Of a stretch of DNA of 64,000 nt, positions 1-13,999 are shown in pieces. Location of the stretch: positions 228,470,001 to 228,534,000 of the forward strand of contig OZ024741.1 in NCBI GenBank assembly GCA_964016885.1. Reading direction: 5' to 3'. Made by a program: the position numbers and the translations under genes. Positions within the stretch are counted from its first letter, which is position 1, and every line of letters begins with the position of its first letter. The notes under the pieces were generated by a model. It saw nothing but the letters and a program-made list of their open reading frames with translations, was not told the origin of the DNA and made no database searches. Source of the stretch: Eledone cirrhosa (lineage: Eukaryota).

Positions 1-143
1 CACTCACTGTTTGGTTGGTTTTCGCTTCTGTATCTTTTATATCTCCACAGTTAATTCGTTTGGTCCTCAATGTTTATCATTGACTGACGAACGGTCAAAA
101 ATACAGATATAATATAGATATAAACACATATATAAAGTCTAAC

Positions 144-184
144 AAAGTTCTTTCGTTGCACATTTGCAACATCATCAGTGGTAC
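144..184 (-). ncRNA. Minimal type I hammerhead ribozyme in the 3' pLTR of the PLE
   Basis: Minus strand TACCA-CTGATGA-T-GTTGCA(aatg)TGCAAC-GAAAGAACTT-TGTTA; stem I has one mismatch. Confidence 0.7.
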
Positions 185-419
185 TATTATGTTTCTCCTG
201 TTGTAGTGTATGTCTACGCCATTTTGATTTTTATTTTATCTGTTTATTTATTTATTTTTGTCTTCTTCTCTGCGCATGCGTTTGCGTGTGTGTATAGTGT
301 TTGGTGTGTGTTCGCATTTGGGTGACTGTGTTTTGGTTATTGTATTCTATCTTAGTTTACTAGTGTGTATTTATATGTGTTTGTTGTTATTGTGCTTATG
401 TATATATTTATTTATTTAT

Positions 420-2700
420 TTATATTTCTCTTAAGTCAGTATTGTTTCTTTGGGTGTTGTTATTCCATTCATTTTTTCTGTTTAGCTTTGGCCTTCTAAG
501 CTCTATTTCGCTTGCCTCTCTGATTTGCTTATCCGCTGAATCATTTCTATGTTTAGATATTATTTTAATTTCTATGTTGTCTATGTTACCGTCATGTTGT
601 CTGGCGTGTTCGTATTGTACTGAACCGTTTTTTCGTCCTTTTAGTTCCCCCCAGTGTTGGGCTATCCTTTCTCCTACGCTACGAGCTGTGTCGCCTATGT
701 ATGTTTTTGTCATGTTTCTGCAAGTACCCTTTGTATATCTTATGCTATAGACTACGTTTCTAGTTTTACAGTTTATCCGGGGGGTTTACTTTATAACACA
801 TTTCCTATTAGTACAGTTCATTTTCTTAAAAGGGTATGTTTTGCTGATCATAGATTTTATGGTAGTTCCTGGCTTTTCTACCACTTTAATCTTTAAGTGG
901 GTCTTTCTCAGGGCCTTTCTACACTGGTTAGCTAATTTCCCTCCACGGGTAGCGTCCACGAACATGACACTCTGATATCCCTGGTTGTCGTACCATAAGG
1001 TGGCTTTTCCTATCTTATGTTTAGTCCTATCTAAGCTATTCTATGATTTGCCTCTGTATAATGGGCAAATTCCTTTCATGTCCAGTTCTATGAGGGTCTT
1101 ATACTTCTCCGTGGCTCCTTTGTATACTCTGATTCTGTCTCTTTGGTTGTAGCCAGAGAACTGCATGCGGTTAATGAAGTGTTGGATGTGTCTTTCCATT
1201 TCTGTTGGGTCGCACATGCGGGACACGTTCTTCATCACTCGTACCAAGTCTGCGATCAGAATATTAAACTTAGCACTACTGGACAATGCTGAGTTTTTGA
1301 GTATCAGGTATTTGGAGTCCATGGGTTTAGCGTAGTGTAAGTGGAGAATTTGGGCCTTCTCGCCTATAGTGTTAATCCAGAGTTCCGTGTCTAATACAGG
1401 TAGTGTACTGTTAGGGTGTTTGGAAGGGCAGTCAATAGTTACAGTTATACTCTGGTGTATCGAGTTAGCTATCTGCTGGATGCTTTCCATTGTACTACAT
1501 TCTAAATCATACTTGTTAGTACTCTCTTGTGGGGGTGTCCTTATTACTATATTGATATCGTCTACATAACGAGAGTACATGATGAGGTCTATGGAGCTCT
1601 CACCAAGGAGATCTTTGAGTCTCCTTTCCCACCATACCATAAAAAGGTTGGCAACGTCCCCAGCTATGCTGACGCCAGTGGCTGCTCCCTCATTTTGGGT
1701 GTAGATCTTTTCGTTGAATTTGAATATGTGGCCCTTTAGGCTAGTTTTAATACTAGCCCCTATTGCATGCGCGACCATTTTTCTTACCTGATCATTGTTT
1801 TGGGGGTCCGTATTGCTTTGGTCCACCCAATCTACCTTCCTATGGGAGTCGTTTTTGCCATTGAATTTATGGTGTGGGGGGGGGGGGGGGTTACCTCTTA
1901 TGGGTCTACTGGGGCAGAAACGGCTAAGGTCTTGGCTGTCTAGGTAGTCGTCGGTGTCATAGGTAAGTCTAAGTAGGAGGCCCAGTTCATCTGTGTCGAC
2001 GTCCTAGAACGCCACCTCGCTCTCACTGATCATCTCCACACATTTTCCACAGAAAAATCAATGTTAATGGATGGGTATAGTGATACCACGTCCATACCGC
2101 CTATTATGCAGTTAGATAGGTTTTTGTTTTTGTTGCATTCATTGATTCTGCTGAGGAGGTCCTCTGCACTGTCACATACATCTGGGGACATCTTGATTAT
2201 GGGGTGTATAACCATTGAGAGGAAGTAGGAGATCCTGTAGTTGTTAGCGATATTGGTTCCGCATACAGGTCTTGTTGGTGGTCCTGTTGTCGGGTCGTCG
2301 ACTGTCTTGTGGTCTTTGCGGATCCCATACAAGGGAAGTATGTCATTCTTAGACGTCTGGAAGTTGTTGGCAGTGCGTCTGCTTGGCTTTTTTGGGGTTG
2401 CATAGCCTTGATGTAGTTCGGCATGCTGTCTATTGACATCCCACCAGACTTATCTGTGTGTAGACACACTACCTCACCATCCCTTATGCGCTGCTTGTTG
2501 GGCCTCTGGTTTGCTTTGTCTCTTAGTATATCGGTCTACTATTTGTCTAATCTTATTTCTAGCTATGGTGAACTGTGCCTCTGTCTCGTCATCTATTTGT
2601 TGTATTATACAAACCCTTTTATTAAAGGGTAACCTCGTAGGATAAATTTTACTCATCTTATATGTTTTGTCAGCTGGGTTGAAGAATAGTTTCTCTAAGG
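420..2700 (-). pseudogene. Penelope-like retroelement ORF (RT + C-terminal GIY-YIG endonuclease), frameshifted
   Basis: Collinear minus-strand fragments: HTDKSG (2197-2469); RPVCG and GMDVVSLYPSI (2030-2332); YTQNEGAATG..AGDVANLFM, YSRYVDD, LPVLD, HYAKPM (1041-1826); TYIGDTARSVGERIAQH..IREASEI..PKLNRKNEW (420-713). Confidence 0.9.
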
Positions 2701-3004
2701 GGTTGTCATTATATTTGTCGTCATAGTTGTGTGTGTTGTTATTATTGATATTATGGTGGTTGTTGTTCCTACCATTAACATTATTATTATTGTTATGATT
2801 GTTAGATGTATTGTTGTTGTTTTCTCTATTGTTATTGTTGTTGTTACTGTTATTGTTAACATTGTGGTTGTTGTTGTTACTCGTATTATTTCCATTATTA
2901 CTACTGTGGTTGTTGTTGTGTCTGTCGTTAATGTTTCCATTATGATTATTGTGGTTGTTGTTGTGTCTATCGTTAACAATACTACCATTATTATTACTAT
3001 TTTT

Positions 3005-3195
3005 CGGTGAATTGGCAGTATCGGTAGAGGGTTGGACGCCATGCTTTGATGCATAGAGTTACGGCCCTTGCCATTCTGAGTTCAAATCCCGCCTAGGTTA
3101 ACTTTGCCTTTCATCCTTACGGGGTCGATAAAATAAAGTACCAGTAATGCACTGGTTAATTGCTGGCCTTGTGCCAACAGTAGAAACAATTATTA
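3005..3195 (+). mobile_element. tRNA-derived SINE, family A
   Basis: Head TGGCAGTATCGGTAGAG, B box GAGTTCAAATCC, central GCCTTTCATCCTTACGGGGTCGATAAAATAAAGTACCAG (Meta-SINE-like), tail TAGAAACAATTATT; about 18 copies in the window. Confidence 0.85.
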
Positions 3196-3299
3196 CTATT
3201 TTTCACTCTCCTGCTATTGTTATTGTTATAACTGATACTATTACAGCCGTTATTTCTATACTCAGAGTTATTGTCCATATAGATGTTGTTTATTTTCGC

Positions 3300-3330
<31 letters not shown>

Positions 3331-3357
3331 ATTCTCTTTTATTAATATATATATATT

Positions 3358-3405
<48 letters not shown>

Positions 3406-3589
3406 CAATTACAGCGTGGAAGAGTCATTTTAGCAATTCAAAAACATCTGTTATCTTATTTTATATTTATTGACTACTTCTTGGTGTCAAAATTTTCATC
3501 GCACTGTTAGTGACGAAGTCGCAGACAGTTCGACAGAAATATTGACACTCAGTAAATACTTTTACGCATAACACACGGTTGCAGAGGTT

Positions 3590-3922
3590 GCAAAGGTATA
3601 TATTGAGTTAGAAACTCAAAATAGTCTCTTACAATTAAATAGCTCTAGGAAAGAAATTTTTCCGAGCCGTATATTATAATTCCGGTTTGTATTTATTTTC
3701 TTGATTTATTCTTAAATTGAGTCAGGCAAACCCTATTGTCTATAGTTAGTATGCTTTTCACGTTAGCGAATCTGGTCCCTTACGATTTGAACACATATAT
3801 GTATATATCTGTGTTGGTTTTTCTTTTATATTCAATTATAATATACGGCTCGGAAAAATTTCTTTCCTAGAGCTATTTTATTGTAAGAGACTATGTTGAG
3901 TTTCTAACTCAATATATACCTT

Positions 3923-3925
<3 letters not shown>
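3590..3925. mobile_element. Fragment of the 519-bp pLTR/retrozyme family with fold-back end
   Basis: 3678-3925 matches 24966-25213; 3590-3680 is the reverse complement of about 3835-3924; followed by (TA)n. Confidence 0.8.
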
Positions 3926-3990
<65 letters not shown>

Positions 3991-4063
3991 CAAAATGAAC
4001 GGTCAAAACGCAGGAGGCAATTGTACACAGTTATATTGGGTTCACGCTTATTGGAAGTGGAGG

Positions 4064-4099
4064 TTTCAACTTTTCGGACAGAACTCATTCATCAGGAAA
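4064..4099 (-). ncRNA. Degenerate minimal hammerhead ribozyme
   Basis: Minus strand TTTC-CTGATGA-ATGAGTTCTGTCC-GAAAAGTT-GAAA; stem I TTTC/GAAA; stems II and III eroded. Confidence 0.45.
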
Positions 4100-4186
4100 G
4101 TTCGGATAGCGGGATAACAGGAACACCTAAAAAATAATGATAAAAATAAAAAAATAAAAAGGTAAAAGTAAAATAAATATAAATAA

Positions 4187-4270
<84 letters not shown>

Positions 4271-5322
4271 AGTTTATAAGAGCCCGCTTGTGTATAAAAC
4301 TATGCATTATATTCAAGTTTCTACATAACCTGGAAATTATTTATCCCAAATTGTAGAAATCTTATAACGAAACGGCCGTCTGGAAGGAAAGAGATATCTA
4401 TTTAATGATGTCTCATATAAAATAATACAACCAGCTATCCACGAAATACTGATTAGTTAGCACCCCAAACACTAAATTGGGAATATACTTGGGTATATCC
4501 TAACGTTTGTTGAGTGAGATGGAGTTGGTCAGCATATCGCTTTAGGCTTTCTCTGTTAATGTATTAAATATATACTCTTGGTAGCCGGATATGATTTCCA
4601 GATATAAGGTATGACTCTCTTTATTATTATTATTTTTTATATGAAATACTGATTGATCTTCCTTATATCCCATGTCTGATTTAGCCTTAGAGTATAACTA
4701 TATGTGTATATGGGTGTTCCATACATGTATTTATTATGTTTTAATATCTCTATGTGTGCATTGATTGTGTATACATATAGTTATTCTTTTAATATCCAAT
4801 TGAGTTCTTAAACACGTGGTTATAATACCTAACAGGTTTAAATGATCAGCGTGTATATTGTTTTATATTTTTTGTTTCTACTTGACTATATTCGCATATA
4901 TAATATATATATATATACAATATTCTCTTTTATTAATATATATATATATTAATATATATATATATATATATATATATAGCAATTACAGCGTGGAAGAGTC
5001 ATTTTAGCAATTCAAAAACATCAGTTAACTTCTTTTTAGTCGGTAAATGTTCGGTGAATCCATACGTACATATATATATGTGTGCATGTATGTATATATA
5101 TATACAACTGTACGTCTGTATACATATAAGTATGTACGTGTACCTACTTATATTTAAGTAACAGCCGTACTAAGAGTGGGAAATGAAATTTCGTTTCATT
5201 TTTTCCGTTTATCGTTTTCGGTGCAGCCGGCCGATTAACCCACTCGATATGCAAATTGGGCTACTCAGCCGTTAATATGCATAAGGTAAGTATATATGTT
5301 CAACAATCTGGCAGGAAGGTAT

Positions 5323-5365
5323 ACGTTGCTGACGATAGCTAATAAGCTTGAAACTAGTACAGCGT
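5323..5365 (+). ncRNA. Type I hammerhead ribozyme, copy 1
   Basis: ACGTTG-CTGACGA-T-AGCT(aata)AGCT-T-GAAACTAGTA-CAGCGT; palindromic stem III ACTAGT; GUA site after 5359. Confidence 0.88.
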
Positions 5366-5738
5366 TCGTTTGTCAGTGTTGAACAAACGAGCAACGATGG
5401 TTGCTGGACACTACGGCTTAATACGGGATGTTTGTTTACAAACACACCGAGCATTATAATAAATGTTCGATGAATCCATACGTACATATATATATGTGTG
5501 CATGTATGTATATATATATACAACTGTACGTCTGTATACATATATGTATGTACGTGTACATACTTATATTTAAGTAACAGCCGTACTAAGAGTGGGAAAT
5601 TTCATTTCATTTCATTTTTTCCGTTTATCGTTTTGGGTGCACCCGGCCGATTAACCCACTCGATATGCAAATTGGGCTACTCAGCCGTTAATATGCATAA
5701 GGTAAGTATATACGTTCAGCAATCTGGCAGGAATGTAT

Positions 5739-5781
5739 ACGTTGCTGACGATAGCTAATAAGCCTGAAACTAGTACAGCGT
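5739..5781 (+). ncRNA. Type I hammerhead ribozyme, copy 2
   Basis: Same motif with one stem II change (AGCC); site after 5775. Confidence 0.8.
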
Positions 5782-6160
5782 TCCTTTGTCAGTGCTGAAC
5801 AAACGAGCAACGATGGTTGCTGGACACTACGGCTTAATACGGGATGTTTGTTTATAAATACACCGAGCATTATAAAAAATGTTCGATGAATCCATACGTA
5901 CATATATATATATGTGTGCATGTATGTATACATATATACATACTACTATACGTATGTATACATATATGTATGTACGTATACATACTTATATTTAAGTAAC
6001 AGCCGTACTAAGAGTGGGAAATTTCATTTCATTTCATTTTTTCCGTTTATCGTTTTCGGTGCACCCGGCCGATTAACCCACTCGATATGCAAATTGGGCA
6101 ACTCAGCCGTTAATATGCATAAGGTAAGTATATACGTTCAACAATCTGGCAGGAAGGTAT

Positions 6161-6203
6161 ACGTTGCTGACGATAGCTAATAAGCTTGAAACTAGTACAG
6201 CGT
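6161..6203 (+). ncRNA. Type I hammerhead ribozyme, copy 3
   Basis: Identical to copy 1; site after 6197. Confidence 0.88.
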
Positions 6204-6400
6204 TCCTTTGTCAGTGTTGAACAAAAGAGCAACGATGGTTGCTGGACACTACGGCTTAATACGGGATGTTTGTTTACAAACACACCGAGCAGTATAATAA
6301 ATGTTCGGTGAATCCATACGTACATATATATATGTGTGCATGTATATATATATATATACAACTGTACGTCTGTATACATATATGTATGTACGTGTACATA

Positions 6401-6476
<76 letters not shown>

Positions 6477-7097
6477 TACAAACATACACACACACAAACA
6501 CACATCTCTCTGAGGGATGGTTTTACAGAGGGAACTTTACTGAAGTATCACCTGCAGTAATTTTCTGAATATGGCTGAAGAATGAGGTAAAATGAAAAAT
6601 TAAATAGAAAATAGAAAATATGGGAGGAGAAAACAATTGTAAATCCTTTGCAATAGACGAAATCTAAAATTTATTGATAAAATTCCTTCATGTCTTATTG
6701 CAAACAATGGAAAACCCACGTAAGGTGTCTTGCAGGAATAATACCTTTATTTCCATATTTTCTTTCTGTGTGGCTTTTGCTTCATTAATGTAGTTACAAT
6801 CAGCACTATGTGTTGCTACAAGGTTTGATGGGTCATGAATAGCCAGTAGTTGGATGACATCAAGTAATATGCCAAGTCTAAGACACAATTGGAAAATCCT
6901 TAACTTGAGTGTCAAAACCCATAGCTATGACATCAATATTCAGTTTGAAGTTTTAGTTTCACTTTCAGAACATTAATGAAATCGGTAAAGACTGACGCTG
7001 AAATCAGTCGGATATTAAAAAAATTGGGAAAAGATAGGCCATATAGATGTCAGGGGTCAACGTGGACGAGCCAATTTATCATGCTAAAATGAAAGAA

Positions 7098-7282
7098 ATA
7101 ATTGTTTCTACTTTTGGCACAAGGCCAGCAATTACTCCAGTACATTACTAGTGCTTTATTTTATCGACTCCGTAAGGATGAAAGAAAATTTAACCTCGGC
7201 AGGATTTGAACTCAGACCCTAAAGGGCCGTAACTCTATGCAGCAAAGCATGGCGTTCAACCCTCCACCGGTACTGCCAATCA
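7098..7282 (-). mobile_element. SINE family A
   Basis: Reverse complement of the family A consensus. Confidence 0.8.
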
Positions 7283-7531
7283 AACAATAATTCGAGAACA
7301 CATATGACGGACTAGTATGTTCCTAAAAAGTAATATGTTGCTGTTGTCATTGTTGCCGTTGTTGCTGCTGTTTACATCGCAGACGTTGTTGCTTCTGTTA
7401 TTGTTGCTGCTGCTGCTAGTGTTGCTGCTACTGTTGCTACTGTGGTCCTTGTCCTTGTTGTAGACATTGTTGCTGCTGTTCTCTACGTTGTTTGTTTTTG
7501 TTGTTACTGCTGTTGTTTATGTTGTTGTTGT

Positions 7532-7833
7532 TGTTATGCACATCACATTACAATAGAAACGTAAATAGCAGAACATGTGAAAGAAACATTCATGTGAAAG
7601 GAACATCAGAATGATTATTTGATGGACGGAGAGAGAGCATGGACTAAGTGTGGACAAAATGATTCCGCACTCGGGTGCATAGTCAACGATAAAGTCACAG
7701 GCAGCGGCGAAAGAACTTGGACGGACTATTTAATCAACTGTGATTATTAAAACTGAAATAAAACTTATAACCAGTGTGTCTGTTCTTTATTCACATACGA
7801 CCCTCTCGAAGTAGAAAATTATTTGTTTCAACA
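7532..7833 (+). mobile_element. Possible solo LTR
   Basis: About 300-bp complex island with TGTT...AACA ends and internal AATAAA, interrupting a (GTT)n tract; no clean TSD. Confidence 0.3.
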
Positions 7834-8952
7834 CTTGAGTTCGCATTAAGAATCTTGCAAACAATTACATAACGATCTGTTTTTCTGTTGTTGTTTACGA
7901 TGTTTCATCTGTTATTATTGTCGCTATTGCAATTGTTGTTGTTGTTGTTCGACTCATTGCCAGTTCTGATCAAAAAGTCATCAGATATTCGAGCTATAAC
8001 CATCCCGTGTTTTTTTTTTCTAATTGCAGACGACCAGCGTATTAGTTTTGTGAGATTTGGTTGCTATTTTTAGCAGATCAAACTACCACGTATCGGCTCC
8101 TCCATCGGTTTATTATTATCGTTCTTGATTTTTCTTTTTTTTTATTGCTGCTGTTGTTGATGTTGCATTTGTTTTTATTGCAGTATTTGCCGTTGTTTTC
8201 GTTATTAATGTTAGTGTTACGGTTGATTTCCATATTTCTTGCTGTTCTTTATCACTTCGCTATTTTGTCTCATTTATCTCACAATTCACTTAATTTCTAA
8301 CCACTACCACCGCCAACTGCTCGTTTTTATTAGTGACTGGGTGGCTGAGTGTGTAGATGGCTGGGTGAATAACGGTTCAAGGAAAGAAGACAAATTTCAC
8401 TAATCTAGGATTAACACTCAATCACTAAGCTAGGATTGTCATCAGCTGACAAACTTTAGTGAATATTATCCAACCTCCCTGTCAACCAACACCTCGACTC
8501 CACACCACAAGAAGTCTCAGATATTTGATCAGATTGTAAATTGACTTTGGCGTGGGTGCCTGGAAAAATATTCTTTTATTTGTTTTTTGTTTTTTTAAAA
8601 ATATTATTGTGTTCACATTGTGTGGCCTTCTGAAAGAATTGGGAACCACCACTTTCCTTTTAGCCAAGTCCTCATCGAGGTGTTTTTTTCAAGTTGTTAG
8701 GGTGTTAGGGTGTAGAGGGAGATGCTGTCACCAAGAAATTTTGTTGAAACTTTAGTGAGAGTGCTGAACATGGCCCAAGTCAATGAGTCTACTTTCATCA
8801 TTTACCTCTAGATCGAGGATTATAACTGGGGGAGATTACTTATCCTTATTAGTCAAGGTAATCCTGGATCTATGGGGTTTCTTGATTGATCTTATGTGGT
8901 TGATCTCACTATTGTGGGCATTTTCCTGCCAAAAGTAGAAAAAATTATTATT

Positions 8953-9112
8953 ACGGCCATTTATGATCTGAGTTAGAATCTCGCCGAGATGAGCTTTGTG
9001 TCATCCTTACGGGGTTGATAAAATAAAGCACCAGTAATGCAATGGGGTCGATTTAATTGACTTCCTGTCCCCTAAAATTGATGGCCTTGTGCCTAAATCA
9101 GAAACCATTATT
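8953..9112 (+). mobile_element. SINE family A, 5'-truncated
   Basis: CATCCTTACGGGGTTGATAAAATAAAGCACCAG core and tail. Confidence 0.75.
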
Positions 9113-9371
9113 ATATTAATATTGTTTATTGTTATTGTTGTTGTTGTTTGTGGTAATTTATTTTTTACCCGATGTAAACTCCCACTGTTTGTATCTAGTC
9201 CCTGTATTGTTTAGTGGAGTCCAATTTGTTGCAAGTATACAGACCAGGTTTACTGTCTAATAACAACTTCTCGATTTGATAAAAAATAGTCGTGAGCACT
9301 GTTCCTTTTTTTATGATTAAGTCATTAAAACGACAGCAACAACAATATATTACCTGCAATAGCAACAATAA

Positions 9372-9580
9372 TAACGGTTTCTAATTCAGGCACAAGACCA
9401 ACAATTTGAGAAGACAGAAAAATCGATTATATCGACCTCAATACGTGGCTGGTACTTTCCGGCCCTGGAATGACGAAAGTAACGTTAACCTCTGCTGGAT
9501 TTGAATTCAGAACGTAAAGAGCAGGAACAAATATGTCGAAATATTTGCCCGACATTCAAACGATTCTACCAATCCACTGG
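9372..9580 (-). mobile_element. SINE family A, diverged
   Basis: GGATTTGAATTCAGAACGTAAAG B-box region and tail on the minus strand. Confidence 0.7.
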
Positions 9581-9811
9581 CCTTAACAGCAACACTACTA
9601 AGAAAAGCATTAACTACAATTAAAGTGAAAAAAATATTAGCAACGAAAAGTTCCCTACGTGGTCTTTCGACTTGCTAGTAATAGTCAAATCATGTCAAAG
9701 TGCCTTTTATATATATAACATAAAATGTCTGGTCATGGTTGGAATGTCTTTGATCACTGGTCTGCTCTTAAAACGGAACGACCATTAAATAATGCATTAG
9801 GCTGTACGTAA

Positions 9812-10158
9812 AGGTGCATGGCTTAATTGTTAGAGCATTGGGCTTGCAATCAGGAGGTTGTGAGTTCAATTCTCGGACCGGATGATGCGTTGTGTCCTTG
9901 AGCAAGACACTTCATTTTCACGTTGCTCCGGTTCACTCAACTGTAGAAATGAGTTGCGACGTCACTGGTGCCGAGATGTATCGACCTTTACCTTTGCCTT
10001 GGACATCATTGGTGGCGTGAAGAGGAGAGGCTGGTATGCATGGGCGACTGCTAGTCTTCCACAAACAACTATGCCAGGACTTGTGCCTCAGAGGGAAACT
10101 ATCTAGGTGCAAATCCCATGGTCATTCGTGATCGAAAGGGAGTCTTTACCCTTTGCCC
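9812..10158 (+). mobile_element. tRNA-derived CORE-type SINE, family B
   Basis: A box TGGCTTAATTG, B box GAGTTCAATTC, CORE-like GTGTCCTTGAGCAAGACACTT, TTTACCCTTT tail. Confidence 0.75.
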
Positions 10159-10411
10159 TAGGCAGCCGAAGTATAGAATAAAGTTAATCGGCATTTATAC
10201 AGAATAGAGGTAACCATGACTGTGTAAATGTGTATACAATTGTATATAAATGGAAACATGCGAAATATATGTATTTCCCTGTAAATTGAGAACATTTGAA
10301 ACCTATTTAATCAATTTTCGGACCTAGTTGGATCCATCATCAGAAAGTGTGTAGATCAGCCAAACAACCACAAGGAAATACGTTATAGAGTGGCTTATAT
10401 ACGTTATCATA

Positions 10412-10632
10412 TATAATGGTTTCTTATATAGACACAGGGCCAGCAATTTTGGGGTAGGGGAAAGTCGATTAAATCGACCCTAGTGTGTGACTGGTACTTT
10501 ATTTTATCGATCCCGTAAGGATTAAAGGCAAAGTTAACCTCGGCGTGATTTGAACTCAGATCATAAAGGTCAGTAACTCTATGCTGCAAAGCATCGTGTC
10601 CGACCATTACCGATACTGCCAATCCACCGCCC
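10412..10632 (-). mobile_element. SINE family A, long variant
   Basis: Reverse complement of consensus with the extra TCGACTTTCCCC segment. Confidence 0.8.
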
Positions 10633-10767
10633 TTTGTCTATCCACCATATATAATAATAGCCTAAAATGGCCGTACTATTTTGCATATTGTTAACGCTCA
10701 TGTTGGTAGTTAATTAGATGTCTATAAAGTTGTACGCTATGCATCCGAAGAATATGATGAAGTTATA

Positions 10768-10810
<43 letters not shown>

Positions 10811-11272
10811 ATCCCGTACACTATTGATTGGTCTATTTTAGACCATTCAAGAGAATACCAAATACCAAAGAGACACAAAGAATTCTTCTTTGTGCACAAC
10901 GGAAAAATTTAGAATTCTCCAAAATTTGAAAGCCAATTCCACTTGCCTTAACTCCAAGAACGAGATCTTCAGATGTTGTCCTCATCTGAAATCACATCTA
11001 CTTTGTAACTGGATTGACATTCCTACAATGACTCAAACACCTTGAACTTCATCTTTACTTTTTACTCCTTATATCCAATACGATTTTTATTACTCTCTGA
11101 ACTCACTTTCTGTACCCATTTATTCTTCTCTCCCTCCTCTCCTCCTATATTTACCTCTTTTATATATAGATATTTGTTTCTGTGTGTATGTATGTATTTG
11201 TATATATGTGTATGAATGTATGTGTATATATGTCTGTACGTATGTATATGTATGTATGTATATATATGTATG

Positions 11273-12033
<761 letters not shown>

Positions 12034-12215
12034 CTTATGTGAGTGTGTACTTATTGTGCAGTAATATGCACACGTTTGTTTATATGTTTGTATGTGTATG
12101 CATTTTTATTTATATTTATGTATATATATGTATATATATGTGTATGTATGTGTGTGTATGTACATGTATATATATATAAATGATTATATATGTATGTGTG
12201 TTTTTGTGTGTGTGT

Positions 12216-12271
12216 GTGTATTTTTATATTATGTGGTGATGTAACCTTACGTATGTGTGTGTGTATATATA

Positions 12272-12335
<64 letters not shown>

Positions 12336-12391
12336 TATATATACACACACACATACGTAAGGTTACATCACCACATAATATAAAAATACAC
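12216..12391. repeat. Near-perfect palindrome centred on (TA)n
   Basis: GTGTATTTTTATATTATGTGGTGATGTAACCTTACGTATGTG... mirrored by ...CACATACGTAAGGTTACATCACCACATAATATAAAAATACAC. Confidence 0.9.
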
Positions 12392-13558
12392 ATATATATA
12401 TATATATATATGTATGTGTGTATGTCTGTGTATTGTATATATATATGTGTAATTATTTTTAATTATATAAAAAGAAATTTAATATAATTTTACTCCAAGA
12501 ACTTGTTGAGTGCTCTAATTCAGTTATAAACATTGATATTCTTATTTATATTTGTCGTATTTCCAACCCTCTGAATACCTCTTCCACTTTCTTTATATAT
12601 ATATATTTTTTGTTTATGGCTTGCATGTATGTGCGTGTGTATGTATGTGTACCTATGTGTATGTATGTATATTTTTATATATAAGTAATTATTTTTATAT
12701 ATATGTGCGTATGTGGTTGTATGTATTTTTTCTCATATTATGTGTGTGTGAATATATTTATATATTTTTTGATATATGTATATACACCTACATTTGTATA
12801 TATGTACCTATACGTGTGGTTGAGAGTATATGCGTGCGTACGAGTGTATATGCACGTGAGTATGTATATGTATGTATATGTATGTATATGTATGTATATG
12901 TTGTATGTGTAGTTATATATGTATGTGTATATGTGTGTATGTGTGTATATATATATATATATGTGTGTGTGTGTATATGTTTTGTATGTTTATACTTATC
13001 TGTGTATATGTTTGTACTGTATATTTATATATATATGTCTGTATATTTCCCTGTATGTGTATGTGTATGTGTATGCATATGTATGTGTGTATATATGTTT
13101 ATGTATGTGTGTGTATATATATATAATTGTGTATGTGTATATGTTTGCGTATATATATGTATATATATGTATTTATATGTAAGTATATATATATATATAT
13201 ATATATGTATATTTTTTTTATGCATTCGCTTACCACGTGTGTTTGTTTATTTATTTTTATTTGTTTTTTTTCAGTTTGTTTTCCTCTTTCGTATTGCTGT
13301 CAACTTGGTAATTTTTTATTTTTTATTTATTTTTTAATTTTGATATTTGACTTTATATTTTACTTTTATTTATTTATTATTTTGATTTCATGTATATGTA
13401 TTTTGTCTGTGTAAGGTGATGTGACTGCTTACTTTAGTATATGCATTATATTCGTTTATTTATCTTTATTTATTTATTTTTATAATTATCTCTATATATA
13501 TATGTATAAAAATATATGTGTGTATATATGTATGTATATATATATATATACCTATATA

Positions 13559-13627
<69 letters not shown>

Positions 13628-13823
13628 ATTTGTGTTTTTATGTGTATGTGTGTGTATATTTATATATATATATGTGTGTGTATATATATGTGTGTGTGTG
13701 TGTGTGTTTATATACTTTTATATTTATTATCTTTTTCTCTTTTTTCTTCTTCCTTCATCCTCACTGTCATATTTCTAATATTTTTGTTTTTCAAATCTAC
13801 ATTCAATAAAAACACCAGGATTT

Positions 13824-13883
13824 TTTCATTCTGACGATTGAAAGCAGATTTATTTGCTTTCAAGAAACCACTGGTAAATGAAA
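13824..13883 (+). ncRNA. Type I hammerhead ribozyme, intact core
   Basis: TTTCATT-CTGACGA-TTGAAAGCAGA(ttta)TTTGCTTTCAA-GAAACC(act)GGTA-AATGAAA; stem I 7 bp, stem II 11 bp, GUA site. Confidence 0.92.
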
Positions 13884-13999
13884 TAATCATCTTATGTTGT
13901 TTATTACATAAATAAGCTCTGTAACCTACATAGAGCACTCTTTTTTCTTGGACCTTTTCGACGGAATTACTTCATTCACACACACACTCACACATATAT

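Larger units (their letters stand above)
5045..6405 (+). repeat. Tandem array of about 3.2 x 416-422 bp units, each with a hammerhead (retrozyme/pLTR array)
   Basis: CTGACGA core recurs at 5329, 5745 and 6167; units near-identical; ends in (TA)n. Confidence 0.95.

Noticed and set aside
3505-3550. GTGACGA-AGTCG..CGACA-GAAATATT hammerhead-like motif
   Set aside because: C3 mutated and stem I register does not leave an unpaired cleavage base; at best a decayed copy
8385-8450. CTGATGA...GAAATTTGTC on the minus strand
   Set aside because: Stem II does not close next to GAAA and stem I is unpaired
10308-10348. CTGATGA-T-GGATCC..GGTCC-GAAAATT (minus)
   Set aside because: Good core and stem II but stems I and III not recoverable; probably a decayed relative of the 4064/62949 motifs
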